Assembly: GCA_038239995.1 (NCBI GenBank)
Contig: JBBSEE010000001.1
Location: 1-29,594, forward strand
DNA length: 29,594 nt
Origin: Chloroflexia bacterium
GTDB lineage: Bacteria; Chloroflexota; Chloroflexia; QHBQ01
Direction: 5' to 3'
Numbering within the stretch: position 1 is the first letter of the stretch; each line of letters starts with the position of its first letter. A model generated the notes under the pieces. It was not told the DNA's origin, did no database searches, and saw only the letters and a program-made list of their open reading frames with translations. This document shows positions 7,166 to 15,880 of this stretch, piece by piece. The position numbers and the translations under genes were made by a program.

Positions 7166-8463
7166 CGCGCGTCCTCCTCGGCGGGCAAGGGGGTGGTGCC
7201 GCGCTTGAAGCTCACTTCGGTGCTACGTACCGGCTGGGGGAGGGTGGGCGATGCTCCCTCCGGCACAGCGGGCAGGGCTTCGCTGAGGCTGAGGTCTTCG
7301 CGGCCCAACAGCGTGGTGGCGTTCACCAGCGTGCCACCCCGATAGTAGAGGCGCGGCAGGCGGGGGGCGAGGGCGCAGCTAAGTTCGTAGCTAATCGTGC
7401 CACATAGCTCGGCCAGTTCGTCCAGTCCGATGTACTGTTCGCCCTGCGCCCCCACTATCACCACCTCATCTCCCTCGGCCACATGGGGAAGGTCGGTCAC
7501 ATCGGCGGCGGACTGGTCCATGCTGATGCGGCCAATCAGGGGGGCGGATTGGCCGCCAATCAGCACACGGCCACGCCCCCCCAACTCGCGCCGATAGCCG
7601 TCGGCATAGCCAATCGGCACGGTGGCGACAAGGGTGGGGCGGGTGGCAATGAAGGTGCGACCATAACCGACGCTGTCGCCGGGGGCAATTTGGACGAGGC
7701 GGGCGACATGGCTACGGATGCTCAACACGGAAGTGAGGGCCACTTCGCTGGCGGCGCGGACGGCGGGCGAGGGGTAGAGGCCGTGCAGCAGCAACCCACA
7801 GCGCACGAGGTTGAAGTGACCGGCGGGGGCGGTGATAGTGGCCGCGCTGTTGTCGGCATGAAGGATGGGGAAGCGCAGTCCGCGTTCGGCCAGCATCTCG
7901 CGCCCCGCGTTGAAGTGGGCAAGCTGGGTGTGGACGAAGCTCTGGTCGGCATCGTCGGCGGTGGCAAGGTGGGTGTACAGCCCCTCGGTATGCAGGTTAC
8001 GCATGGTGGCGAGGGCGGTGGCAAGTTCGCTCAGTTCGGGGGCGGGGCGGCCAAAGCGGTGCAACCCACTGTCCAGCTTGATATGCACCGGGCTGGTCAC
8101 GCGACACTGGAAGGAGATGTTGTCTAGGGTGTGGGCCAGTTCGAGCGAGTTGACCGTGAGGGTAAGGTGATGCGCGACTGCCGCCCCTGCCTCGGAGGGG
8201 GCGGCGTGGCCCATTACCAAGATGGGGTGGCGGATACCGGCGAGGCGCAGTTGCACCCCCTCGTCCACCAACGCGACCGCCAGCCAAGTCGCCCCACTAT
8301 CCAGCGCGGTGCGGGCGAAGGCGGGTGCGCCGAGGCCATAGGCGTTGGCCTTGACCACCGCCATCAGTTCCACCTCGCGGCCTAGCCAACCCTTCAGGCT
8401 ACGCACGTTGGCGGAGAGGGCATCGAGGTTGACTTCCGCTCTGGTGACTCGGCCAGACCACAT
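7162..8463 (-). CDS. alr: Alanine racemase
   Basis: VVKANAYG (PLP lysine), HIKLDSGLHRFG, VGYG catalytic Tyr, GYADG, GRISMDQ, TISYEL. Confidence 0.96.
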   Translation of the reverse strand: MWSGRVTRAEVNLDALSANVRSLKGWLGREVELMAVVKANAYGLGAPAFARTALDSGATWLAVALVDEGVQLRLAGIRHPILVMGHAAPSEAGAAVAHHLTLTVNSLELAHTLDNISFQCRVTSPVHIKLDSGLHRFGRPAPELSELATALATMRNLHTEGLYTHLATADDADQSFVHTQLAHFNAGREMLAERGLRFPILHADNSAATITAPAGHFNLVRCGLLLHGLYPSPAVRAASEVALTSVLSIRSHVARLVQIAPGDSVGYGRTFIATRPTLVATVPIGYADGYRRELGGRGRVLIGGQSAPLIGRISMDQSAADVTDLPHVAEGDEVVIVGAQGEQYIGLDELAELCGTISYELSCALAPRLPRLYYRGGTLVNATTLLGREDLSLSEALPAVPEGASPTLPQPVRSTEVSFKRGTTPLPAEEDAR

Positions 8464-8468
8464 TCGGT

Positions 8469-10199
8469 TTACTCCAATACACTGAGGGCAAGGGGGATGT
8501 ACATCAGCAAATCACCGGCCAACAGGCCGACTGCGCGGCTGAGGCCCATGCTCTCGGCCCCCAACTGGGCGGCGCGGGCGTGCAGGTAAACCCCCGCGAC
8601 CGCCGCTTCGGGCGCGGTCAACCCCTGCGCCAGCAGCCCGGCGATGATACCGGCCAACACATCGCCGCTGCCCGCAGTGGCAAGTAGGGCACTGGCGTAA
8701 TCGCTGCGGGCGTAGCGTACCTGTCCGCCCTCTGCGCTGGCTATCAAAGTGTGCGCCCCCTTGAGGATGATGGTGTGCCCGAAGCGGCGCACCGCCGCGC
8801 CAATCGCCGCCGCGCGGTCGCGCTGCACGCTCTCTGCACTGTACTCCTTACCCAGCAGGCGGGCCAGTTCGCCGGGGTGGGGGGTCAGCACCGTCTCGGC
8901 GGGGAGATGCTCCCACCACTTGTCGCCATCCAGCGCGGCCACCGCGTTCAGCCCATCAGCATCCAGCACCATGCGGTCGGGCAAGGCAGGCTTGCTGGGC
9001 TGCTCCTTACCCTCACTCTTCTTTTCGTTGGTGGCAGGGCGATTGAAGCCGAGGCCGGGCGAGTTCGCTTTGTGGCTCCGCGCCGCCTCGCGCTGCACCC
9101 CCAGCAGGCGGTAGACGAACGCCTGCGTCTCCTTCTCTTGCCCAATGCCGGGGCCGAGCAGCAGCACGTTGTAGCCCTTGTCCGCAATCGCCTTCGCCAC
9201 CATCTCGTCGGCGCGAGTGGCAATCACCCCCATATCGGTAGGCAGGGGCAAGAAGGTGGACTCGGTGAGCTTAATCTGGAACAGTTCCAGCAAATCGCCT
9301 GCGGTCGCCAGTGTGGTCAGCCCCGCGCCCACCCGCATCGCCGCGCTGGTGGCTAGATACGCCGCGCCGGTGTAGTTGATGCTGCCCGCGACCACCAGAC
9401 ACTTGCCGAAGCTGCCCTTGTTCGCGTCATCCTTGCGCTCCGGCAAGAGGCGGGCGACCCAATCGGGGGTGATGTCTTGCCAATTGCTCATCTGCACATC
9501 TCCTATCCAAAACAATCCAAAATCTAAAATCCCAATGTCCAGCACCTCGACCTTGCCCGCCGCCTTCGCCCCCTCGCCTTGCAGCAGTCCGGGTTTGAGG
9601 TAGGCGAAGGTGCAGGTGAGGTTGGCCCGCACATAATCGGGGCTAATCGCCGCGCCGGTATCCGCGTCTATGCCGGTGGGGATGTCTACCGCGACCAGCG
9701 GCGGGCGGCTCTCCTCCATCTCGCCTTGTACGTTGAGGAGTTCGCCCAATACATCTTCAAGGTCGGCGGGAAACGGGCCGTGCTGGCCGGTGCCGAGGAG
9801 CGCATCTACTACTATATCGGCGGCGTAGAGCAAGTCGTTCAGCTTCTCTTGATGATAGTCGCGGGCGGCAAGGTAGATAGGCAAGCCCGCCGCGATTGCC
9901 TCGCCCAACGGCCAATCGCTCTCCGCCGCAGGGTTGGTATTGCGCTTCCAGATGTATAGGCAGATATGGGCAGGGTCCAGCTTGGCGGCTAGTTGCCTAG
10001 CGCAGACGAGACCGTCACCCCCATTGTTGCCGGGGCCGATTAGCACCAACACGCGAGGGTCGGCTTTGCCCTCTAGCAGATGCAGCACATGGTCGGCCAC
10101 CCCTGCCCCCGCCCGCCGCATCATCTCGTCGTAGCTGAGACCGCGGGCGTTGGCAGCGGCTTCAAGTTCGCGCATCTGGGCACTGGTTACGGTTTGCAT
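8469..10199 (-). CDS. nnr: Bifunctional NAD(P)H-hydrate epimerase/dehydratase (NnrE-NnrD)
   Basis: GPGNNGGDG, VDALLGTG, AVDIPTG; KGSFGK, GPGIG, VLDADGL, LTPHPGE, TAGSGDVLAG. Start moved to ATG 10199 because of a GAGGA SD. Confidence 0.94.
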   Translation of the reverse strand: MQTVTSAQMRELEAAANARGLSYDEMMRRAGAGVADHVLHLLEGKADPRVLVLIGPGNNGGDGLVCARQLAAKLDPAHICLYIWKRNTNPAAESDWPLGEAIAAGLPIYLAARDYHQEKLNDLLYAADIVVDALLGTGQHGPFPADLEDVLGELLNVQGEMEESRPPLVAVDIPTGIDADTGAAISPDYVRANLTCTFAYLKPGLLQGEGAKAAGKVEVLDIGILDFGLFWIGDVQMSNWQDITPDWVARLLPERKDDANKGSFGKCLVVAGSINYTGAAYLATSAAMRVGAGLTTLATAGDLLELFQIKLTESTFLPLPTDMGVIATRADEMVAKAIADKGYNVLLLGPGIGQEKETQAFVYRLLGVQREAARSHKANSPGLGFNRPATNEKKSEGKEQPSKPALPDRMVLDADGLNAVAALDGDKWWEHLPAETVLTPHPGELARLLGKEYSAESVQRDRAAAIGAAVRRFGHTIILKGAHTLIASAEGGQVRYARSDYASALLATAGSGDVLAGIIAGLLAQGLTAPEAAVAGVYLHARAAQLGAESMGLSRAVGLLAGDLLMYIPLALSVLE

Positions 10200-10287
10200 A
10201 GTTTTATCCTCGGTAATCTGGCAAAGCCGCCAGCGGACTTGAAAGCGGACAAGCGGACGGCGTTGATGCGGGGCACGCGGTGATTTC

Positions 10288-10614
10288 CGATGAGCATTGA
10301 TGCGCTTCAGCAGGGCGGATACAATTCGCCCCAACGCCAGCCGCAGTCTCCGCTGCTCCGCTGAACTTAATCCGCTGGCGGGTCGGCGGGGCGTGATAAA
10401 TCCGCGCCCCTACGCTAGCCAATCCGTTTATCCGTTTTTTCAATCCGTTGGCCGTAGTCACGATGAGCATGGGTGAGCCTCGGCAGGGCGTGATAAATCA
10501 CGCCCCTACGTCAAGCCTTCCGCGTTTTCCGCACTCTTCCGCGTTTTCCGCGATTCTAAACCCTCGATGCACCTTGATGCGCGTCAGCAGGGCGGGATAA
10601 ATCCGCGCCCCTAC
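10288..10614 (-). repeat. Cluster of four GTAG-type REPs plus short CCGCGTTTT / ATCCGTT repeats
   Basis: REPs at 10311-10335 (GTTG variant), 10388-10413, 10484-10509, 10588-10614. Two carry the tail CCTGCTGAxGCGCATCAA. Confidence 0.8.
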
Positions 10615-10625
10615 TAAGCCTCTAA

Positions 10626-10664
10626 CTCAAACCTCAAACCTCAAACCTTACTCATGCCTCATGC
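10626..10664. repeat. Heptamer arrays (CTCAAAC)3 and (CTCATGC)2 downstream of the acpS stop
   Basis: Read directly at 10626-10646 and 10651-10664. Confidence 0.8.
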
Positions 10665-10665
10665 C

Positions 10666-11136
10666 TCATTGCTGGTCACGGGCGAAAGCATCGTATGCCC
10701 CCTCGCCGCTGGCGGCCATCACCATCGCGATGCCGATAGTGCGCTCGTGGGTGAGGCTGACCGCCCAACGGGTGAGGTTGATTTGGCGGGCGCGGGCGGC
10801 AGCTTGACCGTGCAGGTAGACCATCGGTCGCCCGCGGCGGTCAATGATAATCTCGATTTCCTGCCAGCGGATGCCGCGAATGCCGGTACCTAGCGTCTTG
10901 CTGACCGCTTCTTTGGCGGCAAAGCGCACCGCTAGCTCGGATACCCGCCCGCGACAGTATTGCCGCTCCGCCTCAGTGTAGATGCGGTGCAGGAACTTGT
11001 CGCCCCACCGCTCGATGACCTCGATGATGCGCGGTATCTCGATGATGTCCACCCCGCATTGCAGGTTGTCGGTGACGAACGCCTCGGTATCCACGCGGGC
11101 GATGAAGGGGGGAAGGTTGGCGGAGAAAGGGAACAT
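10666..11136 (-). CDS. acpS: Holo-[acyl-carrier-protein] synthase
   Basis: GVDIIEI, RFAAKEAVSKTLGTG, GRP, VSLTHE. Sits in the usual acpS-nnr-alr order. Confidence 0.94.
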   Translation of the reverse strand: MFPFSANLPPFIARVDTEAFVTDNLQCGVDIIEIPRIIEVIERWGDKFLHRIYTEAERQYCRGRVSELAVRFAAKEAVSKTLGTGIRGIRWQEIEIIIDRRGRPMVYLHGQAAARARQINLTRWAVSLTHERTIGIAMVMAASGEGAYDAFARDQQ

Positions 11137-11138
11137 GG

Positions 11139-12437
11139 TTAATTCCTACCCATGCCCGCGTACTCGAAGCCCGCCTCGCGGATTTCCGCCGGTTCGTACA
11201 GGTTGCGGCCATCCACCAATAGCGGGCGGTGCATACCCTGCTTCACCCGCTCCATGTCCAGTTGCTTGAACTCGTTCCACTCGGTGAGCAGTAGCACTGC
11301 ATCCGCCCCCGCCGCCGCCTCATAAGCATCAGTGCATAGCTGGAGGGCGGGGAACTGGCGGCGGGCCACATCCATCGCCATCGGGTCGTAGGCGCGGACC
11401 GTCGCCCCGCCCGCCAGCAAACCCGTGATAATGTCAATCGAAGGAGCCTCGCGCATATCGTCGGTGTTCGGCTTGAAGCTGAGGCCCCAGAGGGCGATTT
11501 GCTTGCCCTTCAGGTCGCCGCCCAGTAGCTTCTTCACCTTGTCCACGAAGTAACCGCGCATCGCATTGTTAATCGTGATAATCGAGTGGAACAGGGTGGC
11601 ATCCACATTGTGGTCGGCGGCGACCATTGCCAGCGATTTCACATCCTTGGGGAAGCAACTCCCACCATAGCCGATACCGGCGTTGAGGAACTGGGGGGCG
11701 ATGCGCTTGTCGTAGCCCATCCCCTGCGCGACTTGCTTCACATCCGCGCCGAGGTGTTCGCACATTAGGGCGATTTGATTGATGAAGCTGATGTAGTTGG
11801 CGAGGATGGCGTTGGAGGCGTACTTAATCATCTCCGCGGTGCGTAGGTCGGTGATGAGGATGGGAGCCTTGAGCGGCTCGTACAGCTTGGCGACTGCTTC
11901 GGCGGCGGTGCGGTCGGCAGAGCCAATCACCACGCGGTCAGGGTTGAGGAAGTCGGCAATCGCTTGGCCCTCGCGCATGAACTCTGGGTTGGAGACCACC
12001 GCGTAGGTTTGGCTGTCGTTGACATGCTGGGCGATAATCTCATGCACCCAATCGCCCGTGCCAATCGGCACCGTACTCTTGTTCACAATCACGGTGTGGC
12101 CGTGCAGGTGCTGGGCAATGGCGGTGGCCGCGGATTCGACGTAGCTCATGTCGGTATGGCCGTCCGGTGCTTCGGGGGTGCCTACCGCGATGAACACAAA
12201 GTCGGCATCAGGTATCCCCTCGGTATAGTCGGTGGTGAAGTAGAGGCGACCCGCCTTCTGGTTGCGATGCACGATTTCCTCCAGCCCCGGCTCGTAGATG
12301 GGCATCTCGCCGCGCCGCAGTTGCTCCACCTTAGCAGCGACCACATCTATGCAGGTGACATGGTTGCCGAGGTCGGCAAAGCAGGCGGCGGCGGGCAGGC
12401 CCACGTAGCCGGTGCCTACAACGCAAATCTTACTCAA
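11139..12437 (-). CDS. ugd: UDP-glucose 6-dehydrogenase
   Basis: GTGYVG, NKSTVPIG, SNPEFMREG, KYASNA, GYGGSCFPKD, FKPNTDDMRE. TTG start. Confidence 0.96.
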   Translation of the reverse strand: MSKICVVGTGYVGLPAAACFADLGNHVTCIDVVAAKVEQLRRGEMPIYEPGLEEIVHRNQKAGRLYFTTDYTEGIPDADFVFIAVGTPEAPDGHTDMSYVESAATAIAQHLHGHTVIVNKSTVPIGTGDWVHEIIAQHVNDSQTYAVVSNPEFMREGQAIADFLNPDRVVIGSADRTAAEAVAKLYEPLKAPILITDLRTAEMIKYASNAILANYISFINQIALMCEHLGADVKQVAQGMGYDKRIAPQFLNAGIGYGGSCFPKDVKSLAMVAADHNVDATLFHSIITINNAMRGYFVDKVKKLLGGDLKGKQIALWGLSFKPNTDDMREAPSIDIITGLLAGGATVRAYDPMAMDVARRQFPALQLCTDAYEAAAGADAVLLLTEWNEFKQLDMERVKQGMHRPLLVDGRNLYEPAEIREAGFEYAGMGRN

Positions 12438-12478
12438 GGTTCATGTTCCTTTCTCTATGCACGGATAACTGCCGCAAG

Positions 12479-13897
12479 TCAGCGGGCTTGCAGCGAAACG
12501 TTGGTAACTACGGAGTGATAGTCGTGCCCAGCGGCGTATATCTCTAGCTTGACGATGCGCTTCATCCCCTTCAGCCCCGGCAAATCCAGCAGGTTGGCTA
12601 TCTCCACGTGTACCCACTGGTCGCCCGCGATTTGCTGGCCGATGTTGGGGTCAATCGGCTTGGGGCCGGGAGTGAAGTAGTAGCGGTACTCCCACGGGAT
12701 TTCGTTGTCGCTATCGCCGGTCTTATAGGTGAACTTGAAGATGAGCGGGGCTTCCACCCCCGCGTCGCCGAGGCCTGCCACAGTTTGGGCAAGCAAGCGT
12801 ACATCGGCGGACAGGCGAATCTTGCCCGCCGGGATGTAGGGGCTGAGGTCGCGGTCGAGTTGCTGGCCGATGGCGATGGAGGCGTAGTCAGTGGTGCCGC
12901 AGCAGCGGTAGAACTCGGCGGCGTGGACGCGGGCGTTGACTAGGGTATTCAGCGTGTCGGTAATCGCCACCTGTCCGTTCAGGTTGCCGCCGTCCAGCCC
13001 TTGATTGGGGATGGGCTGGCCCCAATGTTCCAGCTTATCGGTGAAGGTGCCGTCTACGATGAACTCATCCCACGCCTCGGCGATGCTAGGCAGACCCATT
13101 CCGCCAGTGCCCACCGTCGCCATTTGGTAGAGACCGATACCGACGGGCGGGACGCTATCCTGCGCGTTGGTCATGGTCGCGCCGCCTTGCAACACGGTGG
13201 CGCGGCTATAGAAGTAGTATTGCTGGGGGCCGGAGCGGAGCGCGGAGTTGGGGTCGGAGGCGGTGGAGATACGCACTGTGCTGGCGGGGTTAACCTCGAC
13301 ATGGGCGAGCAGCGCGGCGCAGGCGAGGTTGGTCAGTTCCGCGCAGGTGTTCACCACTACATGGCTGTTGCGGTAGCCGTTGTTCGGCTGCGAGGGTACG
13401 CCCACGATGATATAGCTGCCGGGGTTGCTGTTGAGGTTGAGGAAGGGCTGCTGGGTGAGGGTGATGTTGACCTGCTCGTGGCTGAAGCGGCTGGCCTGTA
13501 TCTGGTTGACGGTGATTTGGGTGTTGGGGAAGACCTGTACGAGGCTGCCGTCGGGGAGGATGAGGCGAGCTTGGGTGTCCACCCCGGTGCGAATGGTGTC
13601 GCCATCGCCGATTTCGCTCTTCACCGCCCCACTGGGGTCAGGGGCGGGGGCGGTATATTGCGCGGAGATGACCTTCTTGATGGTCAGGTCGGTGCCGGTG
13701 TCGCGCACCACGGTGGCGGTTACTGCGCTGGTGGCGTTGGCATAGACGGAATAGCCGAACTGTACCAGCCCGTAGACAATCAGGCAGAACACCGCGAAGC
13801 CGAGTAGCATCACCACCCACGCGATGGTGCGGTGGCGGCTGGCCTCACGCGGCGAGGAGGTTGGTTTGGCTAGTTGGTCGATCGCGCTCAATCTCAT
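12479..13897 (-). CDS. Membrane-anchored hypothetical protein with a FecR-like beta domain
   Basis: N-terminal hydrophobic helix (IAWVVMLLGFAVFCLIVYGLV). GDTIRTG...ARLILPDGSLVQVFPNT resembles FecR N-terminal strands. Confidence 0.7.
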   Translation of the reverse strand: MRLSAIDQLAKPTSSPREASRHRTIAWVVMLLGFAVFCLIVYGLVQFGYSVYANATSAVTATVVRDTGTDLTIKKVISAQYTAPAPDPSGAVKSEIGDGDTIRTGVDTQARLILPDGSLVQVFPNTQITVNQIQASRFSHEQVNITLTQQPFLNLNSNPGSYIIVGVPSQPNNGYRNSHVVVNTCAELTNLACAALLAHVEVNPASTVRISTASDPNSALRSGPQQYYFYSRATVLQGGATMTNAQDSVPPVGIGLYQMATVGTGGMGLPSIAEAWDEFIVDGTFTDKLEHWGQPIPNQGLDGGNLNGQVAITDTLNTLVNARVHAAEFYRCCGTTDYASIAIGQQLDRDLSPYIPAGKIRLSADVRLLAQTVAGLGDAGVEAPLIFKFTYKTGDSDNEIPWEYRYYFTPGPKPIDPNIGQQIAGDQWVHVEIANLLDLPGLKGMKRIVKLEIYAAGHDYHSVVTNVSLQAR

Positions 13898-13904
13898 ACC
13901 TCAG

Positions 13905-13930
13905 CAGGGCGGGATAAATCACGCCCCTAC
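13905..13930 (-). repeat. GTAG REP filling the acylphosphatase/FecR-like gap; its TAG is the acylphosphatase stop
   Basis: gtaggggcgtgatttatcccgccctg on the - strand. Stop TAG at 13927-13929. Confidence 0.8.
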
Positions 13931-14238
13931 AGGCTTAATCGTACCTCGAAGGTGGTGAACTGGCCGAAGCTGCCCCACTCCACCTTGACCTCACGCACCC
14001 TTGCGGCGGGGGGGCCGAGGTACAACTGGCGGAGCAGCCCCTCTAGGGCGTTACGCGGGCCAGCGGCGACGACCTCGACTTGGCCGCCGCTCTCATAGTC
14101 CTCGCCGCCGGGCAGGTTGCGGACGTAGCCAGCAAGACCGAGGGCGCGGGCGTGGGCGATTACGAAGTAGCGGAAACCCACCCCTTGCACCCGTCCGCTA
14201 ATCACGGCGCGGAACTGTTGCTCTTGCGCCTCTACCAC
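13927..14238 (-). CDS. acyP: Acylphosphatase
   Basis: GRVQGVGFR, GYVRN, GPPAARV. GGAGG SD before GTG 14238. Confidence 0.93.
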   Translation of the reverse strand: MVEAQEQQFRAVISGRVQGVGFRYFVIAHARALGLAGYVRNLPGGEDYESGGQVEVVAAGPRNALEGLLRQLYLGPPAARVREVKVEWGSFGQFTTFEVRLSL

Positions 14239-14277
14239 GTTCCTACCTCCCGCTAGGCTGCTGCACGTTCGCCGCAT

Positions 14278-14286
14278 ATTATACCA
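14278..14286 (-). promoter_or_regulatory. Extended -10 element TGGTATAAT for acyP
   Basis: TGnTATAAT about 40 nt upstream of the start codon. Confidence 0.6.
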
Positions 14287-14407
14287 CATTCGCCGATTTT
14301 GTTGCTGCTAGACAATCAAACCCCTTCCGCCTTTCCGCTATTCCGTCTTTTCTGTAGTTCTATCGCACCGGCTTTGCACATATGGCGGTCAATTTGCCGA
14401 AAACCTC

Positions 14408-14436
14408 TTGACAAAGCGTATGCTCAGTGGTAATGT
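14408..14436 (+). promoter_or_regulatory. Sigma70-type promoter TTGACA-N17-TAATGT for the lipoprotein islet
   Basis: TTGACA at 14408-14413, 17-nt spacer, TAnnnT at 14431-14436. Confidence 0.55.
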
Positions 14437-14511
14437 ATACGGGGGGAGGTAGTATGCAATGCCTCTCTGTCCGTAACCTTATGCTGTAACAGTGGGGAAG
14501 GGGGCACGGTT

Positions 14512-15846
14512 ATGTCGAGCAAAGCAAGCGTCGGGCGCATTACGTTGATGCTCGTGCTGTTGATGGTGCTGACCAGTTGCGACCGCGCCACCCCCGCCAC
14601 CCCCCAGCAGGCCGCGATTGCCACCCTTGTAAGTTCGCCCCTTCCCGCCGCCACGAACCCCGCCCCCTTGCCCACCCCCCAAGCCACCGATACCGTACTG
14701 CTGCCCACCCCCGGCCTGACTGTCGAGCCACCCACGTTCACCCCTGATCCGACTGCGCCAAGTGTAACTCCTATGCTACCTACTCCGCCTACACCGCCTA
14801 CAGCTATTGCGCTCTCCACTGAACCGATCAGCTCTAGCACTAGTGTTACTCCGTTGGTTTGGGGCGCACAAGCTAATAGCGTACTAACTATCTGGCTGGG
14901 CTATCTTAGTTCAATGCCTACTCCCGCTCTTTCCGATGCTCACCCTATTGTCCAAATCAGCGGGATTTACTTCCTTGATGACATTAAGGTATCACCCGAC
15001 CTAAAGCGCATAGCGGTTCTCGTGGAAGATAATGCCAACATTGGGGAAGCAGGTGATAATAATAGGTGGGTCGTAGTGGCGGATTTGAACACGAACGCAC
15101 CTTATGTTATCCCCGACTACTCACGGCAAGCCTACTCATATACGACCGCGCTTTATATCCAAAATATTCTTGCTTGGATAAGCAACGACAAGATTGCGGT
15201 TCAAGGGAAGAGGGCGGTAACAATAAACGCCGCTGATGGCACGATTGCATCACAATGCTCAACACCTCCCGGCAATCTGAGGTCGGATACGATGGCACTT
15301 TCAGCTGACCATACTACCCTGTTTTACTGGATAGTAAGCGTAGACAGCTACGCAGGCTACTGGTTGCAAGGGCTAGATTGTAGCAACCCGCATAAAATAG
15401 TTGCTGATGCCGATACAGTAGCAGGAATGGCCTTTCCTAGCTGGTCACCTGATGGTAGGTACATTAGTTTTGTCTCTGGCACACACCTATGGTTGTTGGA
15501 TACCAACGACAACTCCGTAAGGATGACACCCGCAGATAGGGTGGCTACAAGCGCACAATATTGGTCTCCAGACAGCAAGTACATAGCTTTTCTTCGCGAT
15601 AACGACCTAGCGCACCCCGGTTCTAACACCGATGTGTTCATGCTAAGGATGGCCGACATGGGTATTAGCCAGCTAACTAGCAGCGGAGGACATAAAGGTA
15701 ACTTGCAGTGGTCCGCAGATGCCAGCCAAATCATCTTTGACAACTCTGACAGCATCGTTGCTACTTCAACCAAAGATGGACAACCAACCAACCTTATTAG
15801 TAGGCTTACCGGGACAACCATTAGTCGTCCTACACTTTTCCGCTAA
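14512..15846 (+). CDS. Lipoprotein with Pro/Thr linker and TolB/PD40-like beta-propeller
   Basis: Lipobox VLTSC after a hydrophobic stretch; PTP-rich linker; repeats VSPD, SWSPDG, YWSPDS, QWSAD. Confidence 0.82.
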   Translation: MSSKASVGRITLMLVLLMVLTSCDRATPATPQQAAIATLVSSPLPAATNPAPLPTPQATDTVLLPTPGLTVEPPTFTPDPTAPSVTPMLPTPPTPPTAIALSTEPISSSTSVTPLVWGAQANSVLTIWLGYLSSMPTPALSDAHPIVQISGIYFLDDIKVSPDLKRIAVLVEDNANIGEAGDNNRWVVVADLNTNAPYVIPDYSRQAYSYTTALYIQNILAWISNDKIAVQGKRAVTINAADGTIASQCSTPPGNLRSDTMALSADHTTLFYWIVSVDSYAGYWLQGLDCSNPHKIVADADTVAGMAFPSWSPDGRYISFVSGTHLWLLDTNDNSVRMTPADRVATSAQYWSPDSKYIAFLRDNDLAHPGSNTDVFMLRMADMGISQLTSSGGHKGNLQWSADASQIIFDNSDSIVATSTKDGQPTNLISRLTGTTISRPTLFR

Positions 15847-15880
15847 CCATGTAGATAAACCAATGTTGGGAGGGAAAGCT

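Noticed and set aside
8325-8360. Alr KANAYGLG instead of YGHG as a sign of altered function
   Set aside because: YGLG is a known natural variant in alanine racemases, and both catalytic residues are present.
10288-10614. CRISPR array
   Set aside because: Repeats vary in sequence and loop, spacing is irregular, they match dispersed REPs elsewhere, and no cas genes are present.
13001-13807. 268-aa + strand ORF, and similar long antisense ORFs opposite alr, nnr, tgt and nrdJ
   Set aside because: Fully overlap well-supported genes on the other strand; expected from high GC and few stop codons.
15719-15880. ORF-track start of the M23 gene at 15719
   Set aside because: Overlaps the lipoprotein gene; ATG 15881 has a GGGAGG SD and begins a signal peptide.
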